Shown here in pieces: positions 10,301-21,462 of a stretch of 64,000 bases of DNA; the first letter of the stretch is position 1; every line of letters starts with the position of its first letter. Source of the stretch: Cyanophyceae cyanobacterium (GTDB taxonomy: Bacteria > Cyanobacteriota > Cyanobacteriia > Cyanobacteriales > Laspinemataceae); contig JBBQFN010000002.1 of NCBI GenBank assembly GCA_038321985.1, forward strand, positions 192,001-256,000, read 5' to 3'. Under the pieces are notes generated by a model. The model had not been told where the DNA came from. It searched no databases and was given only the letters and a program-made list of their open reading frames with translations. Both the position numbers and the translations under genes were made by a program.

Positions 10301-12568
10301 TAAGTTGGCGATTTTCATCCCGATCGCCGCCCCCTCGAAGGTGGTACGGAAGCGATTTTCACTCTCGCGCAGGGCTTCTTCTGCTTGCTTGCGTTCGGTG
10401 ATATCCCGGCAGGTATAAAGCAGGGTTCCCCCTTCAATCTCTAAGGGTTTGACGCTGACGAGTAAGGTCCGATGGTTGCCATTTTTATCGACGATGGTCC
10501 GTTCGAGGTTGTGGATTTCTCCGAGGCTAGCCAGTTCTGAACCCTCAAATACGTCATTTCCCAGGAGGTGGCTGATGTAACCCCACTGTTGCGCTTCTTC
10601 TACGGAATAGTCACAAATAAAGCGGACTGCGGGACTGATATAGGTCAGGGCTCCGGTACTGTCAGTGATGAAGACGGCTTCGGAGATATTGCTTAGGGTA
10701 ATGCGGTGGAGTTCTTCGCTAGCTCGTAATGCGGCTTCCATCCGCTTGCGATTGCTCAAATCCCGGGCGACGGTGAGCAGGTTTACGACGCCGTTTTTTT
10801 CACCGATTGGGGTGGCGGCTAGCTCCACTGGCACGACTGTACCATCCATGCGCACAAAGAGTTGTTCCATAAAGGGAACGGCTTGCTTTTCGGTTAAAAG
10901 CTGGTGAATTCGCTCCTGAACCATCAACCGTCTGGTTGGATGGACAAAATTCATGATGGGTAAACCCACTAAAGCTTCAGGGTTAGGAGCGCCTAGGAGT
11001 TTTGCTCCGGCTGTGTTGATAAAGTCTATTTTTCCGCCACTGTGGACGAGAATGGCTTCCGGGGAAAGTTCGACTAACCGACGGTAACGCTCCTCGCTTT
11101 TAGCCAGGGCGGTTTCCACTCTTTGACGTTCTGCGCGATCGCGCAAGGCGACGATGCCGTAGGCGAGGTCATTTGCCAGTTCTTCCAGGAGTTCAACTTC
11201 GGGAATATCAAAAGCATTGACTATTCCTGAATAAATCCGGAGGCAACCGAAGGTTTTGTCTTTACCAATCAGAGGGAGGGCAATGGTTGAGTGCAACCCT
11301 TGTTTTAGGGCAGATTCTCGCCACAGAGCAAAACTGGGGTCCGTGTCAATGTTTTGGATTAAGCAGCATTTGCTAGTCCGAATGCAGGTCCCGGTCATTC
11401 CCCCAAATTCTTGGTTTTGCTTCCAGGAAGTCTGGATCTCTTTTAAATAATCTGTGGCCTCTCCAGCCCAGGCAGCAGGTTCTAGGAGTCGGGTTTCCCC
11501 GGACTGGGGCAATTCTTCGGTTTCAGACAAGGCTACCCAGGCTAATCGGTAACCGCCTGTTTCAACGATGATTCGGCAGATGGCATGGAGGAGTTCGGAT
11601 TCGTCCTGTGCTCGAACCATGACTTGATTACATTCCCAGATGGTAGTCAAGGCGCGATTGAGGGAGCACAGTTCCATTTCTACGGCTTTGCGATTGCTCA
11701 AATCATGAGCGATCATGGAAAATCCCACTACTTCTCCCTGGCTGTCTTGCAATGCGGATAGGGTGGTGTTGGTCCAAAACCGCTGACCATTCTGGGTAGT
11801 GCGCCAGCCTTCATCTTCACATTGTCCCGCAGTGGCAACCAGTTGCAGTTCCTGTTCGGGTTTGCCGCTGGCAATATCTTCATCAGGATAAAAACGGGAA
11901 AAATGCTCGCCGATAATCTCGGTGGCAGAATAACCCAGCAGTCTCTGTGCGCCTCGATTCCAACTGGCAATTCGTCCGGCTGAATCGAGCAGAAAAATCG
12001 CATAGTCCCGAATTTCTTCAACAAAGGCACGGAAGAGGCGATCGTTTTGTTGCAGGTGTTGTTCGAGTTGTTCTAGCTGAGGACTACTAGACAGAACTGA
12101 TGGGGTGGTCTTTTCTAGGTTGGGGTCCTGAACTGGGGTAGACTGGGGGTAACGAAGCAGGACTCGGGCGTTTAATAGCTTTTCGACTCGAAATAATAAT
12201 TCGTCAGCCTTGATGGGAGTGGCGATCGCATCGTCGTAATTCCAAAGGATTTTGTCGAAGGTTGAACTTTCTCCCCTATCCAGGCGGGGTTGCACCCGAT
12301 CCCACTCTCCCGGGTGAATCACCAGCAACCGAGGAATATCAAGAGTTTGGCAAGAGTTTCTGAATTCCCGGGACAGGGGGTGAAGCTCCAACCCCAGGCG
12401 ATCGGCAATGCACAAGTTTATGTCATTCAACGGTAAAACATCTGCGTCACTCAGAAGGCAGTCAAATTCACTCGCCACCGTGGTTATGAGTTCATAGTGT
12501 TTGCCTAACTGCTGTAGCAGTAGGTGACGAGTTGATTGTTCCTCGATTAGGAGCAAAATGCGGTTCAT
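7382..12568 (-). CDS. Multi-sensor histidine kinase (degenerate receiver, 8 PAS, 1 GAF, HisKA, HATPase)
   Basis: H-box SHELRTPL, N-box NLLSNAMKF, DQGRG, GGTGLGL; repeated PAS/PAC ends (DITERK); one GAF after the first PAS. Confidence 0.95.
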   Translation of the reverse strand: MNRILLLIEEQSTRHLLLQQLGKHYELITTVASEFDCLLSDADVLPLNDINLCIADRLGLELHPLSREFRNSCQTLDIPRLLVIHPGEWDRVQPRLDRGESSTFDKILWNYDDAIATPIKADELLFRVEKLLNARVLLRYPQSTPVQDPNLEKTTPSVLSSSPQLEQLEQHLQQNDRLFRAFVEEIRDYAIFLLDSAGRIASWNRGAQRLLGYSATEIIGEHFSRFYPDEDIASGKPEQELQLVATAGQCEDEGWRTTQNGQRFWTNTTLSALQDSQGEVVGFSMIAHDLSNRKAVEMELCSLNRALTTIWECNQVMVRAQDESELLHAICRIIVETGGYRLAWVALSETEELPQSGETRLLEPAAWAGEATDYLKEIQTSWKQNQEFGGMTGTCIRTSKCCLIQNIDTDPSFALWRESALKQGLHSTIALPLIGKDKTFGCLRIYSGIVNAFDIPEVELLEELANDLAYGIVALRDRAERQRVETALAKSEERYRRLVELSPEAILVHSGGKIDFINTAGAKLLGAPNPEALVGLPIMNFVHPTRRLMVQERIHQLLTEKQAVPFMEQLFVRMDGTVVPVELAATPIGEKNGVVNLLTVARDLSNRKRMEAALRASEELHRITLSNISEAVFITDSTGALTYISPAVRFICDYSVEEAQQWGYISHLLGNDVFEGSELASLGEIHNLERTIVDKNGNHRTLLVSVKPLEIEGGTLLYTCRDITERKQAEEALRESENRFRTTFEGAAIGMKIANLEGRFLKTNPALQAMLGYSDAQLRDFTFEGITHPQDRPITRQLFQELLAGQLDRYQLEKRYIHARGNWVWVRLSVSSIRDTQGSLQFAIGLVEDITERKLAEEELRLYRNHLEELVAERTAELQRTNERLRTEISRREQAQEALIRVTQAVESTSDAVLTIDITGQAIYHNRAFLDLFECTIEELNQAGGLPSLFADSSFGEEVFNLIRQGNSWSSEVLMHGRTPRCFVSPLGLEFNSPVNTISIWLRADAVTDENNKRVGSICVLTDITDRKQAEAALRESEEQLRTLINAMPDAICFKDGRGAWLEANQAMLKVFDLEGVDYLGKKDSEIGESVPFYREAFVQCEQTDEEAWQYGILSHQEEVIPRSDGRELILDTLKVPLFHGDGSRKGLVVIGRDVTERKQVEEERLRLASIVESSDDAIIGKTLEGTILSWNTGAQRIYGYTPEEVKERSISILVLPDRQESELRLLEGIRQGASIDHYETVHLKKDGSPIYVSLTISPIKDAAGRITGVSTIARDVTDLKRVEDSLERLRHQNELILNSAGEGICGMDCGGNTTFVNPAATKMLGYSMGELLGAPLRMILGPSFVTPQGGDPNDGGAGGVDNGCAPLYAAIADGSVHHGTGVFWRHDGSSFPVEYISTPIQEQNEIKGAVLTFKDITERQGVERMKDEFISVVSHELRTPLTSIRGSLSLLANGLLESHPEKAGRMLQIAVSNTDRLVRLINDILDLERIQSGKVTMSAQFCNAADLTIQAADAMRTMADKAGVTITVNPTPVQLWADPDRIFQVLTNLLSNAMKFSPEGGTVWLSASLTSGGSEGFPNSAHPEVLFHIKDQGRGIPLDKLESIFERFQQVDASDSRKKGGTGLGLAICRSIVEHHGGQIWVESVVGEGSSFYFTLPVETHSPDPWDRNTDSTESGNLEEAEGKEAGDRLGEPLTPEHPGPAQKGPSSNPAIASPIVEAIAPFQRRS

Positions 12569-13131
12569 AATTTACCCTAGTGGTGGCGGCTCCGTTGATC
12601 CGAATTGTTCGTCCCTCCCTCTAGGGGAGTCTTGGGCATTCTAGGGTCGGTGGCCTCCCATCGCGTCCTGATCTGCCCGCCGATAGAAAATTTTTCACCC
12701 CTGAAGCCGGTACAATTTGTTCGGTTCTGTTCCCGTGCCAGATTTGTCCGGTTTTGACCCTGGGGCGATCGCGCGTTTGCTGTCGTTGGGTTTGGGTTGA
12801 ACCCCTAATTTCTGGTTGTCTACTCTTTCTACTTTAATAGATACCGTTGTAGCGGGATACACATCTTAAAATTCCACACTCTGGGTTCGTTGCCCTCCGG
12901 TGTTGTTTTAGGCGGGCGTACTCTGGGAAGTGAAGGTTTGAGACTGGAGAAATGGCTGAGGAAAATTTTTTACAATTTTTAATCTTTTTAGAGTAAATTC
13001 CCCCCAGTACCTTGTCAAGTCAGTTTTCGCGAAAAGGCGATCGCCCCTGACTCATTCTAGAAGCGACTGCCCTGCCCTAAAAGCGGGCTCAACACTCCTT
13101 AAAATTGCCATCAGTTTTCTAAATTAGGAGG

Positions 13132-13245
13132 ATAATTTTTCTGGGCGGGGGAGCGTCTGACTCCCGATGCGTAAGCAATAAGGAAGCTCAATCAGGGGAA
13201 TAATTTTCTAAGGGGGGGAAGCATCTGGCTCCCGATGGGTAAGCA
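13132..13245. repeat. Two imperfect ~46-bp direct repeats (period 68 bp), each with a GGGAGC..GCTCCC-type palindrome
   Basis: ataatttttctgggcgggggagcgtctgactcccgatgcgtaagca versus ataattttctaagggggggaagcatctggctcccgatgggtaagca. Confidence 0.75.
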
Positions 13246-13449
13246 GTTCTAAGGAGTAGGGATCAAGAAACTCCGACTTTTTTCTAGGGTCTATCTAATT
13301 TAGAGGGGCAGCGGTCCTCTGGGGGTTATTTATTGTTAATTTTTATGAAAATATCTTGAGTTTTTTTCTTTCTAATTTCCCCCTTTGGGGGGTTGCTCCC
13401 CTGCACCTATGACAGGGGGCAACTTTTGGAGAATAAAATACCTAGGAAA

Positions 13450-15063
13450 TTAGCAGCGTTTTAATTGGATCAATAACAACACAATTTCATCGATCGCCGT
13501 TCTTAACATCTCGGAGGATTGGTCCGATTGATTGACAAGGATGCTAAACAACAGCGTATTATACTCAGCATTGGGAACATAGCCCGATAAAGTAGATACC
13601 CCAGTTAAAGTGCCGGTTTTGGCCCGGACAGTTTGGGCGGCAGGAGTATTCCGAAATCGGGTTCGTAATGTGCCACTGACCCCCGCTAACGGTAAAGCCT
13701 CCCGGTAAATATCAAAATAGGGGGAAACTGCCATCCCTCGAAGGGTTTGGACGAGGGCTTCAGGACTAATTAGGTTCTGGCGAGAGAGTCCGGAAGCATC
13801 CACTAAGTCGTAACTGGTCGGATCGACGCCCAATTCAGTTAAGGCGGCTTTCAGCACTTGTAAACCGGCCTCTACGGTCTCTTCAGGCAGGGGACTGTTA
13901 CCTTTACCTTGGGGATTAGCACCGAGCGATCGCAATAACACTTCTGTATAAAGATTATTACTTTTTTGTAGCACTTCCACCGCGAGTTCAGACAGGGGGG
14001 GTGAGACGATCGCCGCTAATTCTCGCTGATTCGGTGTATCTCGAAATTGGTCACTCACAATCTCCCGTCCTGTGGTAATTCCCACGGCGTTTAACGCTTG
14101 ACGGAAATACCCCAAAAAGTTCTGCGCCGGTTCTACTACGGCGATCGAGACCTCTTCCGGGTCGGAACCCACGCGCAACTGACCCGCAACTCGCACAAGG
14201 GGTCGCGACAACTCTCTGCCGACGTTCAAAAATTCCCCGGTATCCGTGGCAACTGTAGTGGATCGATTATCAATTTCCCACCGAGTTTGTTCTGTAGGAT
14301 TGGCCCAAGTGACTTGCAGGGGTTGGCCTACGGCTTGGGGAGTCAAGGTGAAATCAATGCTATTTTGGTTGAAAATCAGGCTGTTTACAGGTGCGCCATA
14401 GCCCGCCTGAACATCTTCCCATTCCCAGTTGGGATGGACGGGAGAACCGGCAAAATAACTATCCTCACCAATGAGTTCGCCAATTTGCCGGATGCCTTGT
14501 TGCTGAAGTTGTTGGGCGATCGCCTCTAACTGAATTTTCCCAATCGTCGGGTCTCCCCGTCCCACAATCCGGATGGATTCGATCCGTTCTCCTGTGGGAT
14601 TAGGACCGTACACAGAGGTGCGAATCCGAAACTCGGGGCCGAGATGATGTAAGGCAGCAGCACTTGTGAGCAATTTTGCATTAGAGGCGGGAACAAAAAA
14701 ACGCTCAGAATCGCGACTGTAAAGCGTGCGATCGCTTCCCTCCTCCAACGTTTCAACCAGTATTCCCCACCGTGTTCGCCGAAATTGAGGCCGGTTGAGA
14801 ATCCCGGCGATCGCGGGTTCTAACTGGGATTGGCAAATACGCGGGGGTGGAGTGGGTTCCGTTTGCGCCCTCACTTTGGACGGTAAACCCGCCAATATCA
14901 GCGTGAACAACAGTACCTTGAACACCGACGATTGACGCGCCGTTGAAGTGACTTTCTGGCTGGGTACAGCGGGATGCTTCCCTTTTGGGATAAAACTGGC
15001 TCTTCGGGGATTGCCTATCGATTTCAGGGGTACACAGAGGCGATCGAGGGTAAATCTAAACAT
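13450..15063 (-). CDS. dacB: D-Ala-D-Ala carboxypeptidase/endopeptidase (PBP4, peptidase S13)
   Basis: PASNAKL (SxxK), SNN (SxN), AKTGTL (KTG), DASGLSR. True start may be downstream. Confidence 0.93.
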   Translation of the reverse strand: MFRFTLDRLCVPLKSIGNPRRASFIPKGKHPAVPSQKVTSTARQSSVFKVLLFTLILAGLPSKVRAQTEPTPPPRICQSQLEPAIAGILNRPQFRRTRWGILVETLEEGSDRTLYSRDSERFFVPASNAKLLTSAAALHHLGPEFRIRTSVYGPNPTGERIESIRIVGRGDPTIGKIQLEAIAQQLQQQGIRQIGELIGEDSYFAGSPVHPNWEWEDVQAGYGAPVNSLIFNQNSIDFTLTPQAVGQPLQVTWANPTEQTRWEIDNRSTTVATDTGEFLNVGRELSRPLVRVAGQLRVGSDPEEVSIAVVEPAQNFLGYFRQALNAVGITTGREIVSDQFRDTPNQRELAAIVSPPLSELAVEVLQKSNNLYTEVLLRSLGANPQGKGNSPLPEETVEAGLQVLKAALTELGVDPTSYDLVDASGLSRQNLISPEALVQTLRGMAVSPYFDIYREALPLAGVSGTLRTRFRNTPAAQTVRAKTGTLTGVSTLSGYVPNAEYNTLLFSILVNQSDQSSEMLRTAIDEIVLLLIQLKRC

Positions 15064-15589
15064 AAGCGGAAACGAGGGTCAGAATAAACAACTGTGAGCA
15101 ACCGGCAAAGCGCTTACTCAAAGGAAAAAATGGCTATTCCCTTGACTGCAAACGCGGGGGTATTCACCCGGTTTAAATGATAATCCGGGAGACCCACCCA
15201 AAAAGCAACTATCGGGTTTAATCCTAGCTTTTCCGTATCCCACCCAGACTGGGCTTTATTATTGTCGGCAATCCTGTCCCATTGAGCAAGTAACCGTTAG
15301 CGTAAGTTTAAACCGAACCCGGTGGACTCTCCGAGCTTGTAGAGATACCGTCTTTCTAATATTTACAGTCGTTTCTTTCTCTGTTCGTCATCCCAACTTC
15401 ACCGGTGACCCCGAACCGGGATGGTGTAAAGAGACTTCAAGGGTTATCTTTACAGGTGCGGTAATTGACACTCGATCCATGCACAAAACCGAACTTAACT
15501 CTCCCTTCAAGTTAGATATATTAAATTTCAGAAAGAGGTAAGCGATTCCCAGCTCAACCTAACATCAATTCTTGAAGAGGTAATTCATT

Positions 15590-16030
15590 ATGGCACTCAT
15601 TCGTTACTCACCCTTTCGGGAAGTTGACACGTTACAACGAGAAATGAACCGATTATTTGACACCCTTTCTTCATCCCCTGAAACTGAAAATGGAGGACTG
15701 ACTTTTGTTCCTCCTGCGGAACTGTCAGAAACCAGGGAGGCGATTCTGTTAAAATTAGAAATTCCCGGTATGGAAACCGAAAATCTAGACGTCCAAGTGA
15801 CAGCAGAATCGGTGGCAATTAGTGGGGAACGCCAATCCCAAACTCGCACGGAACAACAAGGCATGACGCGCAGTGAATTTCGTTACGGCCAATTCCGCCG
15901 GGTCATTCCCCTCCCTGCACGAGTGAACAATACTCAGGTACAAGCGGAATACAAAAATGGCATTCTCCAACTCACTCTGCCAAAAGCGGAAGAAGAGAAA
16001 AACAAGGTCGTTAAAGTTAACATTGGCTAG
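15590..16030 (+). CDS. hspA: Small heat-shock protein Hsp20
   Basis: Alpha-crystallin domain (SEFRYGQFRRVIPLP, AEYKNGIL); GAGG RBS. Confidence 0.95.
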   Translation: MALIRYSPFREVDTLQREMNRLFDTLSSSPETENGGLTFVPPAELSETREAILLKLEIPGMETENLDVQVTAESVAISGERQSQTRTEQQGMTRSEFRYGQFRRVIPLPARVNNTQVQAEYKNGILQLTLPKAEEEKNKVVKVNIG

Positions 16031-16348
16031 AATCCGACGAGGTGCATGACCCTCACCCAGGGGGTACAGCAGTATCCCCGGGGTCAACCCTTGGGTATTC
16101 AGTTTAGAAGTAGATGAAACCTTAGTTTGAAGGGAAGATTTTAGGACAAAAACCCCAATTTGCTGACAAGCCCGGAGAGGATTTGGGTAAACCCCGAGAC
16201 TTTCCAGGATTAATTGATCTATCTTCAGAGGATTGTGAGTTCTGCCGAGTTCGATTACTGTGGAATCAGGGGGAGTGCGATCGGTAACCGAGTCACCTTC
16301 GCCTCCTCGATTTTTGCAAAACTCTACGGATGGATATAAATAATAACG

Positions 16349-17563
16349 ATGTCTTTTTCTAAATTTTGTGCGAAGTGGCGAACACTTATCACTTATCTAT
16401 TAACCGGGGTTTGGGGTGCGATCGCCTGGTTCAACCCCCTCGGGTCTTTATCCGCTACGGCAACCCCTCTGTCTCCCTTTGATTCCCGGGCCGCCAACCC
16501 AGTAACGGTGGCGCTACAACCCAAGCAAAACCAGGCAATTGGAGGCAACTTTGTCAACGCAGCGGTTGACCTGGTGGGACCCTCGGTGGTCCGCCTGAAT
16601 ACAGAACGCACGATCGCCCGTCGGGATGATCCCTTTTTTAACGATTCGTTGTTCCGAGAGTTTTTCGGGCCGGATGTGCCGGTCCCCCAGCAAGAAGAAC
16701 TATTACGGGGTCAGGGTTCGGGTTTCATTATCGACGGTGGTGGTTTGATTTTAACCAATGCTCATGTAGTCAGTGATGCCGATCGCGTCACAGTGACCCT
16801 GAAAGATGGTCGCACATTCGAGGGTCAAGTGCGCGGTACCGATGCAGTTACAGATTTAGCAGTGGTCAAGATTGATGATCCTGGGGAACAATTACCCGTA
16901 GCACCCCTGGGGGATTCCTCACAAGTGCGAGTAGGGGATTGGGCGATCGCCGTTGGGAATCCGTTCGGGTTAGATAATACGGTCACATTAGGGATTATTA
17001 GCACTTTAGAGAGGTCCTCGTCCCAGGTTGGTATCCCAGATAAACGGGTAGATTTCTTACAAACCGATGCCGCTATCAATCCCGGCAACTCTGGGGGTCC
17101 GCTTTTGAACGATCGCGGGGAAGTCATCGGGATTAACACTGCCATTCGTCCCAATGCCAGAGGAATTGGATTTGCAATTCCCATCAACAAGGCGAAAGCG
17201 CTAACGGATATATTAGCCAGAGGTGAGACGGTTACTCATCCTTTTATCGGGATTCAGATGGTGACTTTGACTCCAGATCTAGCACGACAAAACAATCAAG
17301 ACCGAAACTCTAACTTAATTGTCCCCGAAATTAATGGAGTTTTAGTGATGCGGGTGGTGCAGAATTCCCCCGCAGAAGCGGCAAGGTTGCGCCTCGGCGA
17401 TGCGATCGTAGCAGTGGATGGAGTACCTATCACCAGTGCGGATCAATTGCAACGGATTGTGGAAAATAGCGGGGTTGATCGCGACCTTCGTCTCACCGTT
17501 CAACGGGGCCCACAAACCCTGGAATTGACCGTGCGAACTGCTCAATTGGGCAATACGCAATAA
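16349..17563 (+). CDS. hhoA: HtrA/HhoA/Deg serine protease with PDZ domain
   Basis: LTNAHVV, DLAV, TDAAINPGNSGGPL catalytic triad; C-terminal PDZ. Paralog assignment is tentative. Confidence 0.88.
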   Translation: MSFSKFCAKWRTLITYLLTGVWGAIAWFNPLGSLSATATPLSPFDSRAANPVTVALQPKQNQAIGGNFVNAAVDLVGPSVVRLNTERTIARRDDPFFNDSLFREFFGPDVPVPQQEELLRGQGSGFIIDGGGLILTNAHVVSDADRVTVTLKDGRTFEGQVRGTDAVTDLAVVKIDDPGEQLPVAPLGDSSQVRVGDWAIAVGNPFGLDNTVTLGIISTLERSSSQVGIPDKRVDFLQTDAAINPGNSGGPLLNDRGEVIGINTAIRPNARGIGFAIPINKAKALTDILARGETVTHPFIGIQMVTLTPDLARQNNQDRNSNLIVPEINGVLVMRVVQNSPAEAARLRLGDAIVAVDGVPITSADQLQRIVENSGVDRDLRLTVQRGPQTLELTVRTAQLGNTQ

Positions 17564-17621
17564 GAATTCAGAGAATTTTGACGCCTTTTTTCTGAACAAA
17601 CTTGATTGCATCACTCTCAAC

Positions 17622-17648
17622 GGTTCCCCTCTTTTGCAGAGGGGAACC
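17622..17648 (+). terminator. Stem-loop after the protease gene
   Basis: ggttcccctct-tttgc-agaggggaacc, perfect 11-bp stem; no clear U-tract. Confidence 0.55.
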
Positions 17649-18034
17649 CAGTTCCGGGGGCTTATGATAAAAAATCATCAGTGTTATCCCCGAATGAAAA
17701 TTATCCGGTTTAGCATATCAATTACTAAAATAAAAAGAGAGAAAGTTCTATAAAATTTTAATAGATTAACCCTGTAAATTTTTTAGAATTTTACTTTAAA
17801 AAATCTAATCTTTTTATTCTAAATATCAACTTAATTTTCTTTATTTTAAATAACTTACCCTGGCTCATTAAAATAGACGGATTGCAGAATTGTCTTAAAC
17901 CGATTCGCCTTTAATCCCGGGGATTGGAGACTTCGAGGAGGGGCCAGGGCTAGGAGACCCCAGGACCGGGTAAAAAATTTAGTTTACCATCGCGATCGCA
18001 TTATGAGATCCTAGAGAGAGTCAACAACGGTTAA

Positions 18035-19012
<978 letters not shown>

Positions 19013-19043
19013 GCAACGGGATCAGACAATCGCGGTTAATACT

Positions 19044-19078
19044 AAAATCTACGGGGGTTTTTACTTCCGTAGATTTTT
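19044..19078 (+). terminator. Intrinsic terminator after por
   Basis: aaaatctacgg...ccgtagattttt inverted repeat with T-tail. Confidence 0.7.
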
Positions 19079-19136
19079 ATCATTGATTGCCCTTCAAAGT
19101 TCACAGTTTGATATTATCCCTCGATAGGTCTGAAGT

Positions 19137-20639
19137 ATGTCAAAGTCGCTGAAGGCATCGACGGAAGGATTAGCGATCGCCGATCGCGCAAGGAAGCGTT
19201 TAGGTTGGACAAAAACCAGTACAGCACGGTGGTGGCAGGATGCTCATACGTCCCGCGCCACCCTACGTCGATTTTGGCAGGGCGATCGCATTCAACAGGA
19301 TATTTTTATCGCTATTTGTGCCGTAATTGGAATTAGTAATTGGCAGGCAGTCGCCGATAGGTCCGAACTCGATGCCAGTCCTATTTCTACTGAGTCCACT
19401 CCCCTTTTAGACTGGCAGGAAGCCCCGGATCTTAACGGCTTTTTTGGGCGCGATCGCGAGTTGGCCCAACTAGAACAATGGGTTCCTCAAGCTAAAATCA
19501 TTACCCTGACTGGAATCACTGGCATTGGCAAAACTTCTCTAGCTTTCGCCTTTGCCGATCGCATTCAATCTAATTTTGACTGTTTAATCTGGCGATCGCT
19601 TCACCATTCCCCCTCTTTACTTTCTCTGTTGGATAGTCTTTTGACTCCCCTAGATACTCGCAGTGCCGCTGATATTTCCCAAGGCACTGCCCAATTAATG
19701 CAGCACCTACAACACCGTCGCTGTCTCCTTATTTTAGATGGATTCGAGGCTGTATTGCACTCCCCAGATCTGGCCCCCGAATACAGTCATTTTATACAGA
19801 CATTAAGCCGCGATCGCCATCAAAGCTGCATTCTGATCACCAGTCGTGAACAACCCCAGCCAGTCGCCCTGGACGCAAAAACCGTGCGCGGTTTAACCCT
19901 CTGTGGATTGCAAAATGCTGCTGCTTTAGAGTTCCTAAAATCCCGAGGATTAAGTGGCAAAGAATTAGGACTTTCTGCCTTAATTCAACTGTATCGCGGT
20001 AACCCTTTCGCCCTGAAAATGGTTATTCCCTTTATTCAGTCGATCTTCGGGGGAAATGTCGCCGCTTTTCTGAATCAGAATACCCTCATCGTAGGCGATC
20101 GCTTACGAACTCTCTTGCAACAGCAGTTGGAACGCCTGTCTGATTTAGAGCGAGAGATTCTATATTGGTTAGCAATTTGGCAAGAACCTGTCTCATTTTG
20201 CCGCCTGCAAACCCATTTTCTGCTCTTAATCGATCCGGCTGCTTTATTAGAAGGAATTGCTAGTTTAGAGAGGCGATCGCTTTTAGAACCCTGGTTTGGG
20301 GAGGATTTATCTTCATTTACTTTGCAACCCCTGGTGATGAAAACAGTCCGGGATGAATTAGTCGAACGCGCCACGGCGGAAATAAAACGAGTGGTGCAAA
20401 GTCATGATATCCGGTATTTTAAGGTGTTGCGATCGCTGATGTTAGTGAGACCCGGAACTGATGATATTGCAGGCGATCGCATTATTAATCAACTCCGGGA
20501 GAATTTATGGCAAGTTTACGGTGGAACACTCCCCCAAATCTTGCAGAATATTCTCTCTTTGTTACAAGATAAATCCCCGTTGGCAGCCGGTTATATAGGC
20601 TGTAATCTGATCGCACTTTTGAACCCGCTAGATTTGTAA
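19137..20639 (+). CDS. HTH-like N-terminal domain plus NB-ARC (STAND) ATPase with no C-terminal repeats
   Basis: DWQEAPD..FFGR, Walker A GITGIGKT, Walker B LLILDGFE, ITSRE, GNPFALK, FTLQPLV. Confidence 0.88.
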   Translation: MSKSLKASTEGLAIADRARKRLGWTKTSTARWWQDAHTSRATLRRFWQGDRIQQDIFIAICAVIGISNWQAVADRSELDASPISTESTPLLDWQEAPDLNGFFGRDRELAQLEQWVPQAKIITLTGITGIGKTSLAFAFADRIQSNFDCLIWRSLHHSPSLLSLLDSLLTPLDTRSAADISQGTAQLMQHLQHRRCLLILDGFEAVLHSPDLAPEYSHFIQTLSRDRHQSCILITSREQPQPVALDAKTVRGLTLCGLQNAAALEFLKSRGLSGKELGLSALIQLYRGNPFALKMVIPFIQSIFGGNVAAFLNQNTLIVGDRLRTLLQQQLERLSDLEREILYWLAIWQEPVSFCRLQTHFLLLIDPAALLEGIASLERRSLLEPWFGEDLSSFTLQPLVMKTVRDELVERATAEIKRVVQSHDIRYFKVLRSLMLVRPGTDDIAGDRIINQLRENLWQVYGGTLPQILQNILSLLQDKSPLAAGYIGCNLIALLNPLDL

Positions 20640-21462
20640 AGGCGATCGCCTCGCCGTTTTTTTTCATCCAGACCCGGAACTGAACCGTACAAAGTTCTAG
20701 GTAAGTTCAATCTATTTTTGTTTGTGAGAAAAAATATTGTCTAGTTTACTTCCCGAAAATAGTAGATATTTCCCTCCCTAAACCGATAGCTCACAAGATA
20801 GCATTTATTCAGAAGATGCGCAGCGAATTAGGCTAAAAATTCTGTATCCCCCTAAAAGGAGAACTCTTCCTCTGGGTTTACGTCAGCAATAAAAAAATGG
20901 ATAATTTAGAGATGCCAGTATTTTTTACAGGGTCGGTTCCTTCTTTAAGCACTTGTCCCTTTCCAGTCTTGTTAAAGTTAGACACTTCCTTAATTCAATA
21001 GCAAGCAAATCAACTGGAAATAGTTCGAGGAACCCTAGAAAAATTGGCGATCGCATCAGGGATAGGAGTTGAGGGGTTTGACCCCTCACTCCGTTGCAAA
21101 AAATGTCATACTGTTACATGACTTACGCACCTCCACCCAAAACCGGGATTTCTGACCCTCATGGCGGGATGAAACCTTTTGAGTCAGAAAGAAACCCCTT
21201 TTGAGGCGTAAAAGTGTCACCAGACTAACGGAACCCAGTTTATAAACTTCTGGAAACAGTAACCGGAAATACAAAGGTTCCCTAAAATCCGGAATTTTTG
21301 CCCCCAAAATAGGGGAAGCAAAAAGACAGGCACGGTGGGGGGTAAAAAAACCTGGAAGTTGACATAACCCCTTGTTGAGAATCAACAATTGGAGTACGGC
21401 CAACCCGAGGGTTAAACCAAACAGAACTATCCTATGTTGACCGTTCGGGAACGATCGCTGCT

